NCBI GenBank assembly: GCA_965153285.1
Contig: OZ229115.1
Source: Podarcis tiliguerta
Taxonomy: Eukaryota
Direction: 5' to 3' (one strand)
Length of the DNA: 64,000 nt
The position numbers were made by a program, and so were the translations under genes. This document shows positions 12,221-25,006 of this stretch, piece after piece (position 1 is the stretch's first letter; every line of letters begins with the position of its first letter). The notes below the pieces were generated by a model, which was given only the letters and a program-made list of their open reading frames with translations, made no database searches and was not told where the DNA came from.

Positions 12221-13264
12221 GACCTGTGAAAGTTCTTTTTACACAATAAAATCTTTCAAGTAAAAGAGAGGAGGGTGGAGTTTTCTTTTTTTAAAAAAAG
12301 GAGGGAGAAAAGAAAAACAACCCTGCCAAAAAAAGCAAAACAAAACCCACAAATGTGGATATTCCTGATATATATATATCTATATATATATATTATGTAC
12401 TCAGAACAAAGTATGATGGGAAAACATTTTGTTACCAATTTATTTGTACTCATAATGCATCAACCCTCCCCAGCCCATTCCTTCCTACCCCCTGCAAATC
12501 TACATGATCTTTAAGATCAAGAAGAAAAAAAAGCTTAAATATTTTAAAATAATTAAAAGTAGTAAAAATTCACATTAACAAAAAAAGAAAGAAAAAGAAA
12601 ATAACACTCAAGTCAGGAAGGATCTTCCCATCATGCTTTGCTTTGAAGAGATGTTGTATTTTTATTATAGGTTTTCAATACCATGATGGTGGCAAGTAAA
12701 AATGAAAACAACTGGGTGTTTCCATGATGACTGTTGTGGCCAGAGCCAGTGTGCTGAGAGGGCTTCAGTTGTGTTAAATTAATTGAGGGAGATGGGGCGG
12801 GAAATTAAGGGAATCCATTTTCTATTAAAATATAGAAGTTATTGCAAAACCCTAACTGTAAAAACACACCAATATCTCATTGGATTCTGTATACAGTAGC
12901 TAATGATTTCCAAGCTCCTCAGTGTAATGGTGAATTTGCCTGGCAGAAGGTTAACAAATTCCCCCATCCACTTGTCCTCCCCCTCCAGAGACAAAAACAC
13001 AAACCATACAGCTAGAATTTGGGTTTCTGAAACAGGTTTAAATAAGTTGTCCATAGGACAACTGGCTCAGCAACTCTATAATATTTCCAGGCCTATCTTT
13101 TCTCAAAGATGTTGGGTATTTCATCAGACACTCGCTTTCCCCTCCCGACACCCCCCTCCCCTCCCCCAAATATAAAGGACAAGTAAGGCTCACAGTTTTA
13201 TCAATCTCCCTAAAACCAGGCTATTCCCCTTCTCATTCATAAGATTCAGCCCATTAAAATCAGG

Positions 13265-13367
13265 TTAGAACTCAAAGTCTTCATCTGCCATGTCAATTGC
13301 CCAGGCAAATTTCTCCCGTTGGGTTTTGTTATAGATCTTCTCTATAGGTATTCCAAATTTCTTGCAC
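13265..13367 (-). CDS. TOP1: TOP1 exon 21 coding part (103 nt): [33 protein letters not shown]
   Basis: ccag|G acceptor after a CT-repeat pyrimidine tract; TAA stop at 13265-13267. Confidence 0.98.
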
Positions 13368-13551
13368 CTGGAGGGAGGGGGAGAGAGAGAGAGAGAGAGA
13401 GGAATAAAAAGGATGAACAGCAAGAGGTGTGTACGGCCAAACAACTACAAAAGTGCATCCCAGCAGAACCAATGCCTCTTTTCCTTTCAAAGACTGAAGC
13501 AAGGCAAGAGGATGGAGGCTGCTCTTTCTTCCCCAGCAGGCAAGAGCTTAC

Positions 13552-13701
13552 CAGGCAACAGAAATCCTAGGATCCAGATAATTTAGTTTGGAGGTCCCCA
13601 AGGCAATCTGCTTGTTTTCCTCCCGATCTGTAGCTTGGACCTCCAATTTCATCAGCTGTTCTGCAACCCTTTGTACTGCTTTCTTCTTACTTTCTACGGT
13701 C
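13552..13701 (-). CDS. TOP1: TOP1 exon 20 (150 nt): [49 protein letters not shown](W)
   Basis: acag|G acceptor, TG|gtaag donor; active-site Tyr codon at 13578-13580 in SKLNYLDPR. Confidence 0.98.
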
Positions 13702-13767
13702 CTGTGAGGGGCAAGGAGATACTTTTTTTCAGGTGGGAACTATGAATGGCTTTTCTTTCTATTGGAA

Positions 13768-14050
13768 TGAAGAACACCTGAACAGACCTGCTAGGTGTGA
13801 CCAAAGGCTAATCTAGTCCAATATTCTGTTTCCCACAGTGCTCAGCCAGATGCCTCTGGGGAGCCCATAAGCAGGCCATGAACACAACAACCCTCTCCCT
13901 CAGTTGCTCCACAGTTATTGGTATTCAGAGGCATGTGGTCTCTGATCCTGAAGAAAGGCACTAGAAGCCAGATAGCTTTTTTTCACGACAGGCATGAATT
14001 TATTGATTCTCTTTTTAAAGCAGTCTAAAAACTACATACTGTGGTAGCCA
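13768..14050 (-). mobile_element. Old CR1-type LINE 3' fragment (related pieces at ~6262-6425, 19850-19995, 34815-34985, 56840-57010)
   Basis: Shared degenerate blocks aagaaca..., cagatgcctctgggaagcccacaagcagg, ggtattcagaggcat across the copies. Confidence 0.55.
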
Positions 14051-14280
14051 CTACACACTGTGTGATAAAGGTTTTTTTTCTGACAAGTAAGGGGTGATAT
14101 GGTAGAGATATATAAAATTAGGCAGTAAGTAAAGAGGTTTTTTTCTTCCCTTCATATAGTACCATCTCAGTGACAAGGTGAGCCCTTTGAACATAAATCT
14201 CATTCTGAGCAAAGTTGGTTTCCCTGAACGCCATGCAGAAGTGTTTGGATACACGTGAGTGTCACAGCAAGGTGACTTAC

Positions 14281-14375
14281 TTTTTAGATTTCTCATCCCT
14301 CCGGACCTTGGCATCGGCTTTGGCGCTTTTCAGTTCTCTTTTGGCATCAGCCAGCTGTTCCTTCTTGGCATCAAT
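14281..14375 (-). CDS. TOP1: TOP1 exon 19 (95 nt), linker domain: IDAKKEQLADAKRELKSAKADAKVRRDEKSK
   Basis: ctag|ATT acceptor, AA|gtaag donor. Confidence 0.97.
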
Positions 14376-17300
14376 CTAGGGAAGGCAAAACACAAACAGA
14401 AAGCAGGAGATGGAAGGTGTGGAGCTGACAAGCTGCAAACAGCTGGTAGACTTTTGTCTCCACTGGAGTTCTAGATACCAAGGCAGTGTCTCTGTCCAAC
14501 ACACTTCACTGGGTGTCCAAAAAGCCTTTTTTTACCTTGACTAAAGTTTCACCGAAGAGCTGGCTGCGATTTACATTTTCAGATAGGCATGCAAGGATCA
14601 AACTTGCAGAAGTGATTACCAGGACTTTAGATACCAAACTTATGGCACCGCACTTAGAAAGGAACATTGATTCACTTACTGTGAGTGGCATAAGAAGATT
14701 TCCATTTAGAGGGCTGTCTCTATTGATTTGCCCAAAGCAGGGAAAAGTGACTTGAATAATCTCCTCACCCAAGCTCCTCTGTGCAGTTTGATCCATGACT
14801 AAGCTTGAAGCAAAGAGTAGATCAGGCAGCCATCATGGCAGACAATGGTGTGGCAGTAGCTGTCACCCTGTACCAGCCTAGAAAGCCCATTCATGGTATG
14901 TGAGCTATTATTTGTTTCTTAGGTTGCCACGGGAGATAGAGCAACATGGGGAGGCTAGGTGAGATCTAAGTGCAGGTTCTGAAGAAATATATATGGTCCT
15001 CTAAGGTGGAGGCTGAATGTTCTGAAGAACGCTTCTTCTGAAGGAGGCCTTTACAAATGCATACAGCTCTAAATGTAAAGCCGGGCGAACATAAATGCAG
15101 GCAACCATGTTGGTACAGCAGCATCAATAATGTCAATGTTGCATTTGCCGTGATCTGCAGAGGAATGGGCAAATGCTGAGTTTCAAAGGCAAAGGGAAAA
15201 AAGTATATGAAAGAAATAAAAAAGAGTAAACCTGAGCCTAAAGCCAGAGAAGAGAAGAAAATGAGGGGGAAAAGTCATCTTTGGGCAATGGCAGGGACTA
15301 AACTGAAGGAGGCACTAGGGTGAGGATAGCCTATAGAAATATTCAAGTCACATGTTACGCCTGGATAAATCAGGAGACACAACTCATGGGTGGGGAACCT
15401 GTGCTCCTTTAGATGCTGATGGACTCCCAGCTCCCATCAACCCCAGGCAGCATGGCCAAAGTTCAGGCATGATGGGATGGGGGAGCCTAAGTCCAGCAAC
15501 ATCTGGAGGCCCACAGATCTCCCATTCTGGGCCTAGATGGATGCTTCTCAGGCCAACCACAGAAGACTCAAGGTTTTATCAAAGAAATACCTGATGTGTC
15601 TCAAGTCCAACAGTGCGCACTGTCAGACGAGAAGCCCTGGCTGGGGTGCCAAGTTTGCTTCTGTTGGTAGGAGAATCCTCTGAGCAGAGGGCCCCTCAAA
15701 AGACCCTGCCGAGTTGCAAGTTTATTAGATATAGGGCAGGGGAGAAGAGAACCTAGGGCTCAGGAAAAGTTTATGGTAATATTCACATGTACAATTACAC
15801 AAAACAGAGCTTGCAACCCTTCATAGGAATAATGGAATTCAGGAAACAAAGTATGCAATACAAATAGTCAATGGGTGACTGGGGACGAAGTGCATGAAGC
15901 CATATAGATGGAACCCTCCAAATAAAATTCCCATCATCCCCACTGCCTATTTAAAGGTTCAGATGCACTGTGCTATGTCACGTCAGGAAACTTTCTCAGC
16001 CCAAGCAATAATAGGTTTGTTCTAAAGCAGAGACAGGGAACCTATGGCTTTGCAGATGCTCTTGGATGCTAACTCCCATCAGTTCCAACCCAGCAACATT
16101 TGTAGGGCCACAGGTCCCCCATCTCTGCTCTAAAGGAATGAAAAGCAGAAGCTGTATGATCTGCGGCAAACTAAGTAAGATGATCTGAAGCTGCAGGTTT
16201 GCAGCTCCATTCGCCTAAGCTGTGACTGACAGACTGTTCAGCTCAGCTAAGAATAATGGGACAGGTGAGTTGGAGGGGGGGGGGAGAGTGAAGGCAAACA
16301 AGTCGTTATCATTCTGTCAAAGCTGTCAGTCCTAACAACTGAAGCAGCCAGGTTAGATATTATGAAAGCCAAAAAGAACACCCCACTGATTAATAAAACA
16401 GATTCAGGCTGTAAACCAACCTAACCAAAATGACCTCAGGGTTTTTGTCAGAAATAACCTGAAAAGTAAAAGGGTGGTTTAGACAAGCAAAATATAATCA
16501 AATACTCGATATAGATAGGCTTGCAATTTTGTGGAGGAGGAAGGTGGATAATTTTGTGTTAAACCACACCATTATCCTCAAGCCATGGACATGGAAGAGT
16601 TATCTGTTTTGAACTTGCTTTAAGTTCACAAGATAATGAGAAAGTCATAGCCTTTATAGAAATCTGCACAGAATACTTTAGAAAAATAAGGCCTGAGCCA
16701 CACAAATAGTTTATCACACAGTAAAATAATTTTTGGATCTGACCACTTCAGGCTACAGGTGGGAGCAAAGTTGCACTTTCAAGCTTTTCTCCAGGAATGT
16801 AGATACAGAAAATGAGCACATCAGAGAAACTGCTACGATTGGAACTTTCTGCCTGCCTATTTAATTTTCTAAATGCAAGGAACTTGGAAAAAACATTCAC
16901 TCAAATGATTTCTCCACCTGTGGGTCTCAAGTGGTACAGTCCAAATACAGCTTTGCCATGTGATTGGCAGTTTGTGCAGACAAGCTGGAAGTCTTCCCTG
17001 AGGTCAAGAAGCTTTCAAATTCAACTATGAAACTTTTCTTCAGCACTGATATTTATGATGTCTCAGAGAAACCTCAGGAAAGCGCCCAAGCATATGTATC
17101 ATTAGCTTAGTCTCTTGTTCTTTAAATCAAGTTATTCCTTTCCCCAAGAGTGTCTAAATACAGGTAGGATCCAGAAAACCAGGAGCAGAATTTTGCTCAC
17201 ACAAAGGGGCTTTCACACCTTCACCCTTCCTGAACAATCCCAAAAAAACTGTCCCTGGGAGTTGGTGGTCCCTCTCAAGCAGCATGGGAAATGGGCCAGG

Positions 17301-17720
17301 AGGTTAAGGAGACTGTCCTTATTTGAAAGACATGCTTTCTGGCCATGTAAGGGACTCTCTGGATTTTGCCCAGTGTCCTGTGAGTAAATCAGGATGGGAA
17401 AATGCATCATAACACCAGAAAGCTGTCAGGAGCAAAAATAATAATTATGGTACATTTTGTGACCCCACTAGAGATGCTTTATGGATATTTCTTCTCCAGG
17501 ACTAAAAGGCAACTTGCCTGATGTGCAATTCAGTCAGAAACAGGAAGGATTTAAAGAATGATTTTCTGTAATAAAATCAAGCAAGTTTGTCTTTCTAAAA
17601 ATCAGAGAAACAAGCTTCACTAGTGAAGTTAGAGGAGAGCTTGACACAGGTCAGCTAAGTAACAAAGGTAGCCAAACGACGTCTTGGTTTGGGTTTTAAC
17701 GAAAGGAAGCAGTCAGTTAC

Positions 17721-17848
17721 CTTGCTCTGTAAATTCATCATGGATTTCTCAAAGGTCTTTGGAGGCGCCCTCTGATGGTTGCAGAGAATAGCAACAGCTC
17801 TATTGGCACGGTTATAAGACAGGATCTTTGCTGGGACATTATCATCCG
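17721..17848 (-). CDS. TOP1: TOP1 exon 18 (128 nt): [42 protein letters not shown]
   Basis: ctag|CG acceptor, AAG|gtaac donor; catalytic H632 equivalent in CNHQR. Confidence 0.98.
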
Positions 17849-17977
17849 CTAGAAAAGTTCAAAATGAACAAGTGAAATGGAAAAGTCTAGCTCTTTCTTG
17901 GATAATTTCACTTTTTCATGGGGAAGAGAAATTAGCAGCTTGGCTCTCAGCCATCTGTATCAAGCTTATAATGGGAT

Positions 17978-18305
17978 GGGGGGCTGTAGCTTAATAGTAA
18001 ATAACAAGTTTTGCACGCAGAAGGTCTGAGGTTCAGCCCTCAGCATCTCTAGTTAAGCATCTCAGGCAACAGAGGGGAGAAATGGAGTTCAGAGGGATGA
18101 CTGCATACAGAAAGACTTGCTCTTTTAAGGTGAGTCCACAGCTTAGTGGCAGAACATATACTTTGCATGTAAAGGATCTGAAGTTCAATCCCTGGCACCT
18201 CTCCTTAACAGAATCAGAGAGCATGTGATTGGAAAGGTTTCTGCCTGAGACCATGGAGTGAGTAATACTGGGGGTAGATGCAAAGCAGATTTCTACATTC
18301 CTTAT
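17978..18305 (+). mobile_element. Old tRNA-derived SINE fragments (two heads in tandem); related copies at ~8625-8770 and 23637-23786
   Basis: ggggctgtagct...tttgcacgcagaagg...ggttca...gcatctc heads and a ttcct(t)atg tail; too decayed to be tRNA genes. Confidence 0.55.
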
Positions 18306-18661
18306 GCAGGCTTGAACACCTTAAAGTGCTATGAAAATGCTAATGATTACAACTTGTATTCTAGTGTATCAGCTCCAGTATTCAGTTTAAACCCTTTGTA
18401 TTTCAATAGTTATCCATGGTCTCTGATCTAACTTTTATTTGCCTCTTGCATTCCTTCTCGGCAAGCCTGGGCTTGCTGGATTTTAAAACGGCACACCATC
18501 CATTTATATGGACAACACAAACAGAACATCTTTATCAGGCAAAGCCTTGAAGCCCAGGGTCAAGCCTGCCTTCATTGTGGACAGAACATTATCTGATTGA
18601 GGTGCATATTATAGACATCCACTGTGGTGGGAGATGCGTTATAATGGTTTTCTCGGGAACT

Positions 18662-19010
18662 AGGTAAAGAGACCCCTGACCATTAGGTCCAGTCGTGGCC
18701 AACTCTGGGGTTGCGGCGCTCATCTCGCTTTATTGGCCGAGGGAGCAGGCATACAGCTTCCAGGTCATGTGGCCAGGATGACTAAGCCTCTTCTGGCGAA
18801 CCAGAGCAGTGCACGGAAACGCTGTTTACCTTCCCGCCGGAGTGGTACCTAGTTATCTACTTGTACTTTGAAATGCTTTCGAACTGCTAGGTTGGCAGGA
18901 GCAGGGACCGAGCAACGGGAGCTCACCCCGTCACGGGGATTCGAACCGCCGACCTTCCAATCGGCAAGTCCTAGGCTCAAGTCCTAGACCCACAGCGCCA
19001 CCCACATCCC
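18662..19010 (-). mobile_element. Sauria SINE, full length, in TOP1 intron 17
   Basis: aggtaaagagacccctgaccattaggtccagtc...ggggattcgaaccgccgacc...cacagcgccacccacatccc; several CpGs retained. Confidence 0.92.
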
Positions 19011-19615
19011 TTGTCTAAGGGAACCAAATAAATCCTTGAAGGCTGTTAGAGATTTACCAAGTGTCCTGGCTAGCTGTCTTCTCTCTGGCCTGGCTAATTT
19101 AGGGCAGCCTTTGTCAACCTGATGCCATCCAGATGTTTTGTACAGCTTCCTAGAAGTTGTAGTCCAAAACATTTGGAGGGCACCAGGTTAGCAAAGGCAA
19201 GTCACAGACACCGTTCCTATTTGAAATGTTTCAATACACCTTTGAAGATCTCTTGGAAACCACAGTTGTTTTAAGAATTCTGTGGTCTCCTTTGACATTC
19301 TTCGCCACTTGGCACTGGCTGACAAGCTGCCTCTGACCTAATTCAAGGTACTGCTGGGCACATTTCAAATCCGAAATGGACGTTGAAAGCCACAGATTTC
19401 AGTTCCTTCCTCTTCAGAAGGTCAGCTAGCCACAACAGCCACTTTGGAACTTTGTTCAATGTGGTTCAAAAATAATTGCCTCCGAACAGAACATGAAACT
19501 GTGGAGAAGCCCAAGTAATTTCCAGCCAGTGGCTCTTAAGCCTGCATTTGGATCGATGTTACAATCAACACAGAAGCAGAAAAGCATGAGGTGTGCTAAT
19601 CCAAAAAGTACTTAC

Positions 19616-19730
19616 CAGTTGTGAGCTCCTTTAGCTGCTGCTGTAGCGTAATGGAGGCATTATACGTTCGAAATACCTTGGCTGTAAGTCCTTCCATAAG
19701 GTCTTGAAGATGCTTATTTAAGATGCTAGT
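19616..19730 (-). CDS. TOP1: TOP1 exon 17 (115 nt): [38 protein letters not shown]
   Basis: ttag|ACT acceptor, G|gtaag donor; catalytic R590 equivalent in VFRTYNAS. Confidence 0.98.
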
Positions 19731-20072
19731 CTAAGGGGAAGAAATAAAGGAGGAGGATTGAATTAATTCCAGCATCCATCAGCAGAACACCTCAACCTGT
19801 GCACCCTCCTTACTCTCGTAATTTGAGGAGATGGGAAGTGGGAGGATGAGCCTATCAGTGGCTGGTAGCCACCATGGATATGTTCTGCCTCTGCTGTCCA
19901 AGGAAGTATGCCTCTGAATACCAGTTGCTGCAAATCACAAGCGAGAAGGGCTCTGCTGCACTCAGATCCTGCATCTGGGCTTTCCATAGGCATCTGGCAG
20001 GTCACTTATGAGCTCAGCAGAAGCGACAGATACAACTGGGGAAAATGGTGGTGGGCACAGCATGGAAGCAGA

Positions 20073-20093
20073 TACTACTACTACTACTACTAC
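20073..20093. repeat. (TAC)7 microsatellite
   Basis: Direct reading. Confidence 0.9.
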
Positions 20094-20705
20094 AGCAACA
20101 AAAAGGTAGAGTCTGCAGTTAGGGAGGCTGGGGTATTTTGTACAAGAAATACACATTTCCTTTTCATGTGACAAATATACTCCAACTAAATTCCAAGAGG
20201 GACAAACTCATCTTTTCAAGCTAGTCTTAAACCCTTTCCAGAATTGATTTTTTTTTGGGGGGGGGGGAGGGAAGACCACCTGCAGCCTGTGTGTCAAATT
20301 AAGCCTACCAGGTGAGCCAATTTGGTCCACATGGCCATCTTTGGCAGGTCACACCTCCTTGTCACTCCCCTGATGACACATGTGTATCAGAAGAGGCAGC
20401 TGTCAAGGAACAACTGGGAGTGCACATTTTTTGGCAGCTTACTTCAGCACTGTTTAAATTTGGCACTGCTGACATTGTTGCACTCAGGAGCTCTGGAACA
20501 GAACCAGATCCCTGCTGCTTTCCGGAAAGCATGGATCCACCCAATACCATATGATGTCAGGCATTTAACGTGTGGTGAACCTTTTGGATTTCTCCTCCAA
20601 GAGCAATGCATTTCTCCAACTCTTACTTAGGGACTTATGAATTCTTGGTGGCTGGGGAGATCATGGGAAAGTGTTTCTGCCTCCATCTATATGCATTCAT
20701 TGGAG

Positions 20706-20833
20706 CAGGAATCCCCAAACTTGGCCCTCCAGCTGTTTTGGGACTACAACTCCCTGACCACTGGTCCTATTAGCTAGGGATGATGGGAGTTGTAGTCCCA
20801 AAACAGCTGGAGGGTTGAGTTTGGGGATGCCTG
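20706..20833. mobile_element. Short palindromic hAT-type MITE
   Basis: caggaatccccaaact / agtttggggatgcctg TIRs, internal perfect arms ccctccagctgttttgggactacaactccc; flanks cattggag / gattagag. Confidence 0.8.
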
Positions 20834-21501
20834 GATTAGAGTTTTCTCTTCAGATCCATGTAGATCAGAGGTGGAGCCTCTTTCTGCCCACCCGCCAGCC
20901 CCACTAGTATACTCAGTGTTCCCAGAATGAATGCCTGAAAGCGGATTTAGTGAACTGGTAAGCTGGGAATAACAATCCTCTGGCCCTCTTTGGACTACAG
21001 CCAGCTCCCATCATCTCTGACCATGAGCCATGCTAGCTGGGGCTGATAGGAGTGGAAGCCCAAAAGCCCGATGGTAAACAATGGAGCTTGTGTTACACAT
21101 TTTTTATGGGTTTTCAATCTTTACAGGGCACCCTATAACAAAAAGTTCTCAGGGCAGCTTATAGGATAAACGAAAGAGGAATGCAATCAATTGTGATGCA
21201 ACACTAAAACCAAACCCCAAATTAAAATAGAGAAACAGAAACAAGCCAGCAGTACTGTATCACACATCCTTCTCTCAAGCTGCTGCTACATTACGGTTTC
21301 TACGAGGGCAGATTTCAGTTCCATGAACTCTTCTGTTAAATACAAAACTGCCTGCACCATAAGCAGCCTGTTAAAAATTGCACCCTTTCCCAAGCCAGTG
21401 GAAAGGGAACCATAATCACAGCAAGAATTCCAATTAAAAAAATCTAGCCAAGGTTATCATTTATGATTAACTCTCAAGTACCAGGTATGGAAGGCACTCA
21501 C

Positions 21502-21570
21502 ATTAAGTCTATCAAAGAGGTCATCTTCAGGCTGTTTGTTTTCCATGAACAACTGAAGATTCTTAAAAAC
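21502..21570 (-). CDS. TOP1: TOP1 exon 16 (69 nt): VFKNLQLFMENKQPEDDLFDRLN
   Basis: gtag|GTT acceptor, AAT|gtgag donor. Confidence 0.97.
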
Positions 21571-22044
21571 CTACAAGGCAAATGAATGGGAGAGAAGAAG
21601 ACTGTTACAGCATGAAAAAAAGAAACTGGGTGGACATCATCTCAACTTGATGGCGGTATAACATGCTCCTCACTAATTCACATGTCCATGCTTCCATGTA
21701 CACAATGCTGAAGGAACACTGTTCTCTACTGGCCTACAGGAAGTGTGTTGGTGGATCCTGCAAACAAAGGATGGGAGTACGTAGACCACTATTCATCAGT
21801 GTGTGGGGGGGGGGGGGAAGAAGCAACAAATATTTTCCTGACTGAAGAGGTAAATCAAAGAACTGGGGTGCCTTCCCAATAAGAATAGGCTGAAAGCACT
21901 AAGGTAGAGATGATTTTGGGGGGGCAGGGAGAGCTACAGAACTTTATAAAAACAATTAACACTATGGAGACAGTGAAGAAAAAGAAAATTAAAGAAGGAT
22001 CCATTCACCATGATGGTTAAATGGAACCTCCTTGCTTAGATGCA

Positions 22045-22167
22045 GCTGGTAAGAGCATGAGACTCTTAATCTCAGGGTTGTGGGTCTTTGGGCAAAACAA
22101 TTCCTGCATTGCAGGGGGTTGGACTAGATGATCCTTGTGGTCCCATCCAAATCTACATTTCTATGAC
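22045..22167 (+). mobile_element. Short SINE with tRNA-Lys-like head and CR1-derived tail
   Basis: agagcatgagactcttaatctcagggttgtgggt followed by ttcctgcattgcagggggttggactagatga...ttctatga. Confidence 0.7.
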
Positions 22168-22314
22168 TCCAAGATGTGAAATATTTATGTCCAGATGGAC
22201 ACTGTACTTACTCAAGGTGAGATCTAAAGACTCACCAGAAGAAAGACGATTCAGTAAGACGACTTTTCAGACTCCCTTTCATTAAATGTTAAGTCCACAA
22301 GAAAAAAATCTTAC

Positions 22315-22500
22315 CCTTTTCTCAACGGGGACTTTGTTGTAGTATCGTATGGAATCCTTTCCAAGGAAGTCAAATTCTACCACGTATTCCTGGCCATCCA
22401 ACTCTGGATGCAAATTAATATGTTCTACACGGAGGGAGCAGCAGCCCACTGTGTCAGCTGTCTCCCCTTCCTCTTTCTCATTACCAGCTCTCAGAGCAAG
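22315..22500 (-). CDS. TOP1: TOP1 exon 15 (186 nt): [62 protein letters not shown]
   Basis: gcag|CTT acceptor, AGG|gtaag donor; carries the catalytic R488 and K532 equivalents. Confidence 0.98.
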
Positions 22501-23225
22501 CTGCAAATATGAAACAATGAAAGAGAGAAGAGATGTCACAAATAGCATTCAAAACAGGAGGCATTTTTAACCCCATTGGTTAGCCAGTAAGAAGCTGCTT
22601 CAGGATTCCTTGTGCTAAGAAGCTATCAGTTTAAACTCCAGAGCTGAGATTATAGCATTTGTAAATGAAACTGAAAGAATACACTAGGCTTGGTCCCATG
22701 TTATCTATTTGCTTAGGTGACTGGGGGCCTGTCTGTGTGCCGTCCACATGCCTTAATGAGCTAATACGGGGCAGTGCTTATAGGTAAGTTAGTGCCAATT
22801 TTACCACTGATGTTGCAGCAAAAATCCATTTATCATCATTTGATTCCAGAATAGATCTGCCCACTTTGGCTGCCACCTCTTAACAGCATTGCAAAAAGTA
22901 AATTGTGTGTGCATGTATGTACATATGCAGAGGCGTCCAGAGAAAATTGGGCAGAATTTTACCCGTACTCATTCAGCTCATAGTTAAGCAATCACAAAAG
23001 CAGTGCATTTGCCAAGGAAAACTTCCCATCTCTGCTTTAGAAATATTTCTGGATTATTCAATTCCATTGGCACCTACTTCAAACATCTCTCCAGCACATT
23101 TAGTACCGTTGTGCTTAGAAGCTTATCAGTTTCAAACCAATGCTTCAACAAGTCTAGGCTGAGAAGCCCTGCCTAGGCAATAAAATAAAAAAAAGGAAGG
23201 AACTGGAAAAGTGACAGATTCTCAC

Positions 23226-23369
23226 TTTGTCAATGAAGTACAGCGCAACCGCCCTCTGCCGCACTTTCATCTCTTTGGACTTCCAGTCTTCTCGATAATT
23301 ATTTCGAATCTTATCTACACATTTCTTCAGTCTCCTAGCAGTCTCATATTTCTGCCAGTCCTTCTCACC
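23226..23369 (-). CDS. TOP1: TOP1 exon 14 (144 nt): [48 protein letters not shown]
   Basis: gcag|GGT acceptor, AAA|gtgag donor; ORF 23154..23381. Confidence 0.98.
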
Positions 23370-23842
23370 CTGCAGAGGCAATCACAAGGAACAACATGAT
23401 GACCTGCTCCAAAGCATAAAGGCTCCAGTTTGGAGATGGAGCATATTTCAAGAACACTTTCCCAAGATTCCCTCATTGCCACCGTACAGACATTATTCGA
23501 CTTAAACGTTACTGCCTATTTCAGAAGTGCCTAAGGGGTTAAGAAGTTTTAAAGACCCACTAAGCTGGCAGCAGAGTCGCAAAAAAGTAAAGAAGTACTC
23601 TTTGGATCTTCCATTTAATGACACATCGATTCCTTAGGAACGGTCAGTAGTTCAGTAGTCCCTGGTTCAATTCCAGCATCTCCAGGAAGGGCTGGGAAAG
23701 ACTCCCGTCTGAAATCCTGGAGAGCTGCTTGCAGTCAGTGTAGATGCTGCCGAACTAGATGGAGCAGTACAGGGCAGATTCCTATGATACAGAGCATTGG
23801 GCATGTCAGAAGTAGCTTGCAAGTTTTCAGACAAACTATCAC

Positions 23843-23987
23843 CTTGATTCTAGAACTGGGATTCAACATGATGTACTTAATAGATCCTTGGATGTTCTCT
23901 GTCCATGACACCAACCAGGTCACCTTGTTATCATGCCGGACCTCTTTCCATTTATGTCCAGGGGGAGGTGGAGGAACTTTTGAATCT
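23843..23987 (-). CDS. TOP1: TOP1 exon 13 (145 nt): [48 protein letters not shown]
   Basis: acag|A acceptor, AAG|gtgat donor; ORF 23735..24076. Confidence 0.98.
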
Positions 23988-25006
23988 CTGTACAAGGGGG
24001 TGGGGAAACAAGAACACAACAATGATTTCAAAACTGAAAAGACTAAAAACCGTGAATAACAGCAAAATACAACCACGAAATAATTTATTCAGTTTAATTC
24101 AGATAATCAAAGCTGGAACCATTAATTGAAATGAAAGTCACAATACGAACTGTCTAGATTCGCCAGATATTTATAGGCCTCAAGCCCGGCAATCAGAAAA
24201 ACCAAGTGTGTAAATCAATTCTTGTATATATCTGCTTTAAGATTCTTAAAGGTTTTAAAGCAAACAAGGCTTACACTATTCTTACAAATAAAAACTACAA
24301 TCTTAAGCTTATTGGCATGTTAAAAACTACTAAGCAATTTAGTCACTGTAATGTTTTGAAACAGCCCTGCTGAGGTATGTTAAGAAGCTACCATGTCCTG
24401 AACTGCAGATTTTTTTCAACAGGTCTGACACAGTAAACATTGGGCAAGAGAGATCCCATGTTATTACAGTATACCAGGGACCAAGTTGGGATGGGGCTAT
24501 ACCCTCCACAATCTATTAAAGTTGAAGAGATACGATGCTGTCTGTGAGCTAGGAAACTGGTCTGAAGTGACATAAGGCAAGTGATTTGCTAAAGCTAACC
24601 AAGTCTTAGGCTGAACAGTAGAATGCCTGTTTGTCTCAAAGTAAGCCACTTTGAGCTTCCCGAAGCAAAAGGAGGGTGGAAATGCAACCACCACCATCTA
24701 CTAATATTTAAAAATAAATAGATCCAAACATTTGAGTTTTGCCAGTTCACAATACTTTTTTAAAAAGAAACAAACTAATGATTTGACAGTTGTTTGTGAA
24801 CTACGGTGAAAAGTTCACAAGTGAAACTTAACGTGGTATGTACTGAACTTCAACTCTTGGGCTGCACTTATGTAACAAGTTTCTACAAAAAAACAACAGA
24901 TTCTACTTGGCAGAAAGGTTATCCGGAGCGAAAAGCCTGAACACAGCTGCTACGCATTATAACCAAAAGTCACTCCTAGCTAGTGTGTGAAATCTTCCAT
25001 GCTCAC

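Larger units (their letters stand above)
11908..13264 (-). other. TOP1: TOP1 3' UTR (distal end approximate)
   Basis: Repeat-free AU-rich stretch after the stop, ending about 20 nt past the distal AATAAA; resembles the human TOP1 3' UTR as I recall it. Confidence 0.8.

Noticed and set aside
13552-13583. Camptothecin-resistance variant (ISVAW in place of human ITVAW at T729)
   Set aside because: Conservative Ser change that I recall in other vertebrate TOP1-family proteins; the R364, D533 and N722 equivalents are intact.
17978-18210. tRNA-like sequences (also at 8625-8690, 22045-22085 and the SINE heads)
   Set aside because: Cloverleaf stems are broken and each continues into a SINE body or tail.
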